Below, piece after piece: positions 57,282 to 64,000 of a stretch of DNA of 64,000 bases. The notes below the pieces were generated by a model, which was given only the letters and a program-made list of their open reading frames with translations, had not been told where the DNA came from and ran no database searches. Location of the stretch: contig NC_043012.1 of assembly GCF_006345805.1 (NCBI RefSeq), positions 15,190,001-15,254,000 of the forward strand. Reading direction: 5' to 3'. The stretch's first letter is position 1. Each line of letters starts with the position of its first letter. Made by a program: the position numbers and the translations under genes. This stretch comes from Octopus sinensis. Lineage: Eukaryota.

Positions 57282-58039
57282 TTGATGTCCTGATATATTC
57301 TGTTGATCATGAGGAAATGAATGATGAAGTTGATCCTGGCAGAATTAGAGCTCTGAAGTAAAAGAGACAATACTAAACTGCACTAGTCTTGAATATAATG
57401 ATTTCTAGAGTTAAGAGGAAGCTATAACATTTGTAGGAGGATGTAGTTTAATTAATTAAACTGACTCACTATTTGACTGTTAGGGTTAGGTTTAGGTACT
57501 TTACTGAACCTTGAGAGGAAGCTTTATTATTAGGAAACAAAACTGCACATTATAGACAACCAAATTTTTTGAGCAAATATCATAAAGGATTCAGGCATGG
57601 TTGTATAGTTAAGAAGTTTGTTTCACAACAACTTGGTTCAAGGTTCAATCTCACTGCTCAGCATTTTGGGTAGACGTCCTCTGTCGTATCGTCTGGTTGA
57701 CCAGTGCTTTGGGAATGCAATTTGAATGCTGGAAACTGTGCAGAAGACTGTAATATTTTCCATCACTTAATTGCTTGCTTTTCTGTGTTTACATGGCTCA
57801 GATGAGATTAATTGAGGTAGATTTTTTTCATGGCATGATTGATGTTGGGGGCTTATAGTAGAAGCTACTTATCCAAAATGTGCCTTTGGGTTGAAATGCA
57901 TAAAAGAATAAATGACTGCACAGTGGGACTGAACTCAAAATCATATGGTTGAAAAGCAAACTTCTTAACCACATAGCCACACTTGAGTCTAATACACACA
58001 TTGTGTGTGTGTGTGTGTATAGTGAAGGCGCATGGCTTA

Positions 58040-58290
58040 TTTGGTTTATGATTGTTTGATTTCTGGTGGCAGGTTGTGTCCTTAAGCAAGGCAACTTATT
58101 TCACTTTATTGCTCCAGCTGCCACTCAGCAGGCAAAAATGAAGTTGTACCTGTAATTCAAACGGGTCCAGCCTTGTCACATTTTGTGTTGCACTGAATCT
58201 CCCCGTGAACTACGTTAAGGGTTTACTTGTCTGTGAAGTACTCAGCCACTTCCTTGTTAATTTCATGAGCAGGCTGTTCCATTAAAAGTA
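58040..58290 (+). mobile_element. SINE-like repeat family S4
   Basis: Reverse complement of 1985-2232. Confidence 0.55.
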
Positions 58291-59559
58291 ATGCCCTTTT
58301 TACAGTGATAAGAAACAAGTCAGTTCAGACAGGTGAAATTCCTCACAGTTCTGATTACATAAAGCAGCTTATACTATAAGCTACGATCAACAGTTGCATG
58401 TGCTTCGTTAAACGAGCAGGCTGGCCCTATGATCAAAGGTGTTTAAACCATGACTGTATTGTCTTTTTCACGATACCTGGGATTATGTTATTCAATGAGG
58501 CTTTCTCTTGTTAAGATAAGATATGATCAAAGGAGATCATGTTGCTATTTCTAGCAGCTTGAACAACCATGTAAAGGTTCTGTTAATATACATTCTGTGC
58601 TAATACTGTCCTGCACAGCTGTGACTGTCGTAATGAATGATATACATTCAATAATTTACATAGACACACGCAAGCATTCACATGTAAACGTCCCTCAGTA
58701 TCTTAGATCATTCTGACAGGTGCCCTATAAAGTTGACCCTTATGAGGCAACACTTTATAATTGTTAAAATACGTCTTGTTGGGCCAGAATGATTTTAATG
58801 TAAAGTGAGAAAAATACCAAGTTTTTCGCTTTGTCCGGTTCTACTACCTGTACATTAGGTTCACACCCAATGAAATGGCTCGGCTTTATATAGGTATATA
58901 TAAACAAAGCATTATTGATTTCCTAGGCATGTCTTTTTTTTCTTTCAAGGACATCCAGTTACGCCATTGAAATGCGCTGTCTTTTTAAATTACTAACACC
59001 TTCTGTTCCCAAGCGTCCTACAATACTAACCAGGTTATATATATATATATATATATATACACCTGCATTCATTTAGGTAGCACATCCTGTATAATCACAT
59101 ATATATATATATATATGACTGCCTTCTTTCAGTTTCTGTGTACCAAATCCACTCAGAAATCTTTAATTTCACGTTCGGTCACATTTTCATATGCTTCACA
59201 TTCAATTTCTTTTCACCTTATGAAAAATATCTTCGTTATCAGAATGTTTTGTTTTTTTTCCTTAGCTGAATTTCACAATAACACGTTGCTTCGTTAATTC
59301 GTAAATAAATATTCAGCAAAAGCCAATGAATTGAGATCGACATCTTAACTCAAAACTGAAAAGTAGGACATAGTTTTCACCTCAGCAAACTGCTCCTTGT
59401 TTAAAGGAATAAACTTACTGGTTGAAAACTTAGTCGAATTTATGAAATTAGAAGTTAATAGTCTTGTACTTCTATCACACTTTCTGCTGTGTCGAACTTA
59501 GAATTATTGTTTTGTATGAGAATCTGATAATGTCTCGGTGAGACCTCATTTCTAATAGG

Positions 59560-59870
59560 TGTAGGCGTGGTTAGTAGTAGGATATTTACTTCCCAATTAC
59601 ATGATTCCGGGTTCAGTTCCACTACGTGGCATCTTGGCAAATATCTTCTTTGGGCCAGCCAAAGGTTTCTGAGTGCATTTGGTACACAGAAACTGAAAGA
59701 AGCCAGTCATCATCATCATCATCATCATTTAGCGTCCGTTTTCCATGCTAGCATGGGTTGGACGGTTCAACTGGGGTCTGGGGAGCCCGAAGGCTGCACC
59801 AGGCCAGTCAGATCTGGCAGTGTTTCTACAGCTGGATGCCCTTCCTAACGCCAACCACTCCGAGAGTATA
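59560..59870. mobile_element. S1 SINE head (+, ~59560-59705) joined to an RTE 3' end (-, ~59708-59870)
   Basis: The head ends at GAAACTGAAAGAAGCC and is followed directly by (CAT)n and the RTE tail. Confidence 0.75.
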
Positions 59871-59913
59871 TATATATATATTATATATATATATATATGT
59901 GTGTGTGTGTATG

Positions 59914-59969
<56 letters not shown>

Positions 59970-60402
59970 TAGACAGGTTCTGAAGAAGGTGGAGTTTGTT
60001 CGTGTTGGCAAAACATATTATAAAACCAACACCAGTTGTCAAGCAGTGGTAGGGAACAAACACAAAGACACACACACACATATATAATAAAATTGATTAA
60101 AAAAAAAAGTACTGTGAACTTGCCATGTGGAGCAAAAGATCCATTTTGGATATTATTTTCCTTCAAGGTAAAGTTGGAAGGAGGGAAACAAAATGAGAGA
60201 CCATAGGGTTTTACAAAAAAAGAAAAAAATCTGTGTTGCTTATCAACTGTAGCCAGTTTTTTTTTTTCTTTTTGTTCATTTTGGTAACTCAGAAGATGTT
60301 AAATTCTCTTGTCTCTAATTTATTTCTCTCCTTTCAACTTTTTCTTGACACTGGATTCTATCCAAAATGTTGGACAGAATCCAACACTCAGGAAGTGAAA
60401 AA

Positions 60403-60439
60403 GTCTTACGTTTCGAGCCTACACTCTTCCACAGAAAGA
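60403..60439 (-). ncRNA. Putative hammerhead, variant core CUGUGGA, within family B repeat 60385-60492
   Basis: UCUUU-CUGUGGA-A-GAGU-GUAG-GCUC-GAA-ACGU-A-AGAC. Stem II is kept by a U-G wobble and stem I 3' strand has a 2-nt deletion. Confidence 0.45.
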
Positions 60440-60489
60440 AACAAGGAGAGAAAAAAAAATGTGTGTAGTGGCTACTGATCTATCATGGC

Positions 60490-60554
<65 letters not shown>

Positions 60555-60556
<2 letters not shown>

Positions 60557-61155
60557 GTGTTTGTGTTTGTCCCCCCACCATCGTTTGACAACTGATGTTG
60601 GTATGTTTACATCCCATAACTTAATGGTTCGGCCAAAAAGACTGATAGAATAAGTACTAGACTTACAAAGATTAAGTCCTGGGGTCGATTTGTTCGACTA
60701 AAAGGCAGTGTTCCAGCATGGCCACAGTCAAATAACTGAAACAAGTAAAAAGTAAAAAAAATATATAGTGTGGTAAGTAGCTTGCTTACCAACCACATGG
60801 TTTCGGGTTCATTCCCACTGCGTGGCACCTTGGGCAAGTGTCTTCTACTATAGCCTTGGGCCAACCAAAGCCTTGTGAGTGGATTTGGTAGACGGAAACT
60901 GGAAGAAGCCCGTCGTGTGTGTGTATATATATATATGTATGTGTGTATATATTTGTGTGTCTGTGTTTGTCCCCCCACCATTGCTTGACAACCGATGGTG
61001 GTGTGTTTATGTCCGTGTAACTTAATGGTTCAGCAAAAGAGACTGATAGAATAAGTACTAGGCTTCCAAAGAATAAGTCCTGGGGTCGATTTACTCGACT
61101 TAAAGGTGGTGCTCCAGCATGGCCGCAGTCAAATGACTGAAACAAGTAAAATAGT
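60555..61155 (+). mobile_element. Tandem S1 SINEs (3' half at ~60555-60760, full copy at ~60765-61155)
   Basis: Direct match to the S1 consensus. Confidence 0.85.
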
Positions 61156-61427
61156 AGGTGTGTGACTTTGTGTTTGTTCCTCATCGCTGCTGGGTGGCCA
61201 TTTCGGTGACCTCATAAGAGTAATGTGATTTGTTAGGCACACCCAAACAACACGTTGGTTCAAACAGCCATTGTAACCAGTAACTTTACTACTTTATTCC
61301 TATTTAACAGTGCCTTTCATCCTTCTGCTTAACAAGCTATACAAATATCAAGGAGAATTTACGGGGAAGACAGGTGGTGTTCAAAACAAACAGATGTATT
61401 AGTATAACGCTCAGGAATAGAAAAAGT

Positions 61428-61463
61428 CTTTTACGTTTCGAGCCTATGCTCTTCTACAGAAAG
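61428..61463 (-). ncRNA. Putative hammerhead, variant core CUGUAGA, within family B repeat 61335-61495
   Basis: CUUU-CUGUAGA-A-GAGC-AUAG-GCUC-GAA-ACGU-A-AAAG. All stems intact. Confidence 0.6.
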
Positions 61464-61674
61464 GGACACAGAAAAAACAAGGAGAGAAAAAAAAATACTA
61501 ATATCAATCCTGTTGATTTTGTATGAAGCCATCAGGCAGTCGGGTGCCTTTCCTGTGTCCAGGGGTCAGACTGCCAAAACTCTTGCTTCTCTTTGTATTA
61601 TGCTGCAAAACTGGCAGATGAATAAAGTGAGATCCATCACTGAGCATAAAACCTTTGGCTACAATCTTTAATCT

Positions 61675-61870
61675 TTAATCTTTTATTTGTTTCAACCATT
61701 GAACTGCAACTATGCTGGGATTCTACCTTGAAGGGTTTTAGTTGAATAAATTGACCCCCAGTATTTAGTATTTACTTTTTAATGTCTGGTATTTATTCTG
61801 TCAGTTTCCTTTTTGCTGAACAACTAATTTACAGAAATGCAAACAAACCAACACCAGTCACATCATTGAA
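61675..61870 (-). mobile_element. SINE family S1 3' half, degenerate
   Basis: Reverse-complement match. Confidence 0.6.
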
Positions 61871-61917
61871 ATCTCAAAGCTACAAGACAAAGCATGAGTA
61901 AATCAAATAATTTGAAT

Positions 61918-62207
61918 GGAGTGGCGGTGTAGTAAGTAGCTTGCTTAACAACCACATGGTTCCAGGTTCAGTCCCACTGCGTGGCACCTTGGGCAAGTGT
62001 CTTCTACTATAGCCTCGGGCCGACCAAAGCCTTGTGAGTGGATTTGGTAGACAGAAACTGAAAGAAGCTTAGCAGTTTGGCAAAAAAGACCGATAGAATA
62101 AGTACTAGGCTTACAAAGAATAAGTCCTGGTGTCGATTTGCTTGACTAAAGGCGGTGCTCCAGCATGGCCATAGTCAAATGACTGAAACAAGTAAAAGAG
62201 AAAGAGT
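61918..62207 (+). mobile_element. SINE family S1 lacking the microsatellite middle
   Basis: Head joined directly to the 3' half at GAAAGAAGC|TTAGCAG. Confidence 0.85.
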
Positions 62208-62854
62208 ACAAGCATTACATTTGATAGAGTGATCTGAATGCTAAAACTGTATCAAATACTTTTTCTAAGAATGCTTCGGTCTCTTGGTTCCATAGGTACT
62301 TTTTACCTCCAATCTGCATTGGCTATTCTATGCAATCAGTACACTAGCCTTACCGTTTTCCTAATTTACCATTGCACAACCAACAACTCACACTGACACA
62401 CACACTACTCATTCACACTTTGTATTTAATGTACTAACATTACTTTCACAAACCTGGGTAGCTGTTTTACTGTACTCTTAAGGTAAATACACCAGCCTCA
62501 CTATTTTCATAATTTACCATTGCATAATCAACAAATCAGCTATTCGTAGGGTATGTGTAAGAGGCCAGATCTGGTTAGTTTGAACATAACACAGGAAGAA
62601 TGTTTGGCCCAGATATGGTTGGTTTAAATACTAAAGGGTTAAGAGACTTAGGTTTCTACTTTTGTCCCTCATTTTTTTTTTACAAACTCTCACTCAGATT
62701 GCTCACCAGTGAAGCCTTTCATTTTTTTCGATGGTAAATATTTTTCATCAACATCATGACATTTAACTGTGTCCATTTCTCTAACCCTCTTTGAATTAGT
62801 AGAATGACATCATCACATTGCTGCTATTTGCACTGTTCTTCATTGAAATTTATT

Positions 62855-63019
62855 TATTATTCAGCTTCATGTTCTGAGTTCAAATTCTACTGAGGTCATC
62901 TTCACCTTTCATCCTTTTGGGGTCGATGAATCAAGTGCTGTTGAGCACTAGGGGTTGATTTAATTGACTTGGTCCCTCCTCCGAAATTGTTAGCCTTGTG
63001 TCAAAATTTGAAACCATTT

Positions 63020-63056
<37 letters not shown>

Positions 63057-63250
63057 GGCAGTGAGCTGGCAGAATCAGTAGCACGCTGGACGAAATGCTT
63101 AGCAGTATTTCACCTGTCTCTTTACATTCTACATTTTAAAAACCACTTTCAGGGTTGATAAATTAAGTACCATTTGAGCACTGGAGTTGATGTAATCAAC
63201 TTGCCCCTTCCCCCAAAATTTCAGGCCTTGTGCCTATAGTAGAAAGGATT
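62855..63250 (+). mobile_element. Two S3-related SINE copies (~62855-63020, ~63055-63250)
   Basis: GTTCTGAGTTCAAATTC..CTTTCATCCTTTTGGGGTCGAT and GAGCTGGCAGAATCAGTAGCACGCTGGACGAAATGCTTAGC. Confidence 0.7.
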
Positions 63251-63271
63251 ATCGTTGTTATTATTGTTATT

Positions 63272-63808
63272 GAGTAAGAGAGCAGTGCATGCCATCAAAG
63301 TGACACTGGGGTAAAATATACAAAGCCCAGTATACCCATCATGACTAGCTGTCTGATAAGGGTACACCAGGCACATGCATCACAACCATATGTGTGCAAC
63401 ATAGTGATCTCATATCTAGATAAACAGCACATGACCTTGCAAGTGGGGCCCAGTTAAGATTTTCTTCAGGTTGAGTTGCCCATTCTGCTCAAAAGGTCCT
63501 TGAATAAGGATTGTTTAAGGATGTTGAACGAAACACCCATGTTTCCAAAGGTGAATCATCCAAACCCCAAAGAATTCCTCTCAACACATGGTTTTGATGC
63601 TCCCCCACTACTTCTGCTCATGATCAGAGATGCACATATCGTCAGCCACTAAGGGACATGCTCAACTGGTTATGGTCAAACAACTGACAAGCAAATATGT
63701 GGTATTGAGCAGGATATTTGCTGTAGCCCATCTTTTATACCAAGACAAAACAATGTACATGATAACACTTCCAATCAGTTAAGATCAGAAACCATGAGAA
63801 CCGTTGGC
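63272..63808 (-). mobile_element. ~540-bp non-coding interspersed repeat with (AAT/AAC)n tail
   Basis: Reverse complement of 39714-40247. Tail at ~63250-63271. Confidence 0.85.
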
Positions 63809-64000
63809 TGGTCACAACTATTTCCTTTGTGTGTGTGTGTGTGTGTGTGCATGTTTTATACTGGAAACATTTTGATGATCTAACAGTGTATAGGAAACTT
63901 GCTTAATGACACTCCTTTCCATTTTATTGATAATGAAGAGACCTATACAGGGCTGCTTGACCTATTAGAAACAGTTTCTTCAAATCATAGTCTGTCATTT

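Overview
AT-rich, repeat-saturated animal genomic DNA. The SINE, RTE and microsatellite landscape looks like Octopus, by my recognition rather than a database match. No host gene can be confidently named: there is one plausible first coding exon (44227-44501, +) and a weaker one (49006-49075, -). Nearly all long ORFs are retroelement or transposon derived. The main elements are: a full-length Tx1/L1-group LINE (4313-9453, 17-bp TSD) inserted into a solo LTR-like repeat; a 5'-truncated RTE LINE with a PHD-like finger inside its RT region; Penelope-like, R4/Dong-like, CRE-like and BovB-like remnants; two mariner relics; MITEs; a non-autonomous Helitron; and dozens of tRNA-derived SINE copies. 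The most interesting signals are: (1) a family of minimal type I hammerhead ribozyme motifs in Penelope-type terminal repeats, four of which share a non-canonical CUGUNGA core; (2) a canonical hammerhead inside a 79-bp fold-back beside a Penelope RT that lacks a GIY-YIG domain; (3) a 24-nt 3' tail shared by the Tx1 LINE and a SINE family; (4) the Tx1 insertion sitting at the predicted start site of an LTR promoter, with ORF2 lesions that look like homopolymer sequencing errors; (5) repeated long fold-back palindromes. Repeat boundaries are read by eye and are approximate unless a TSD or TIR is quoted.
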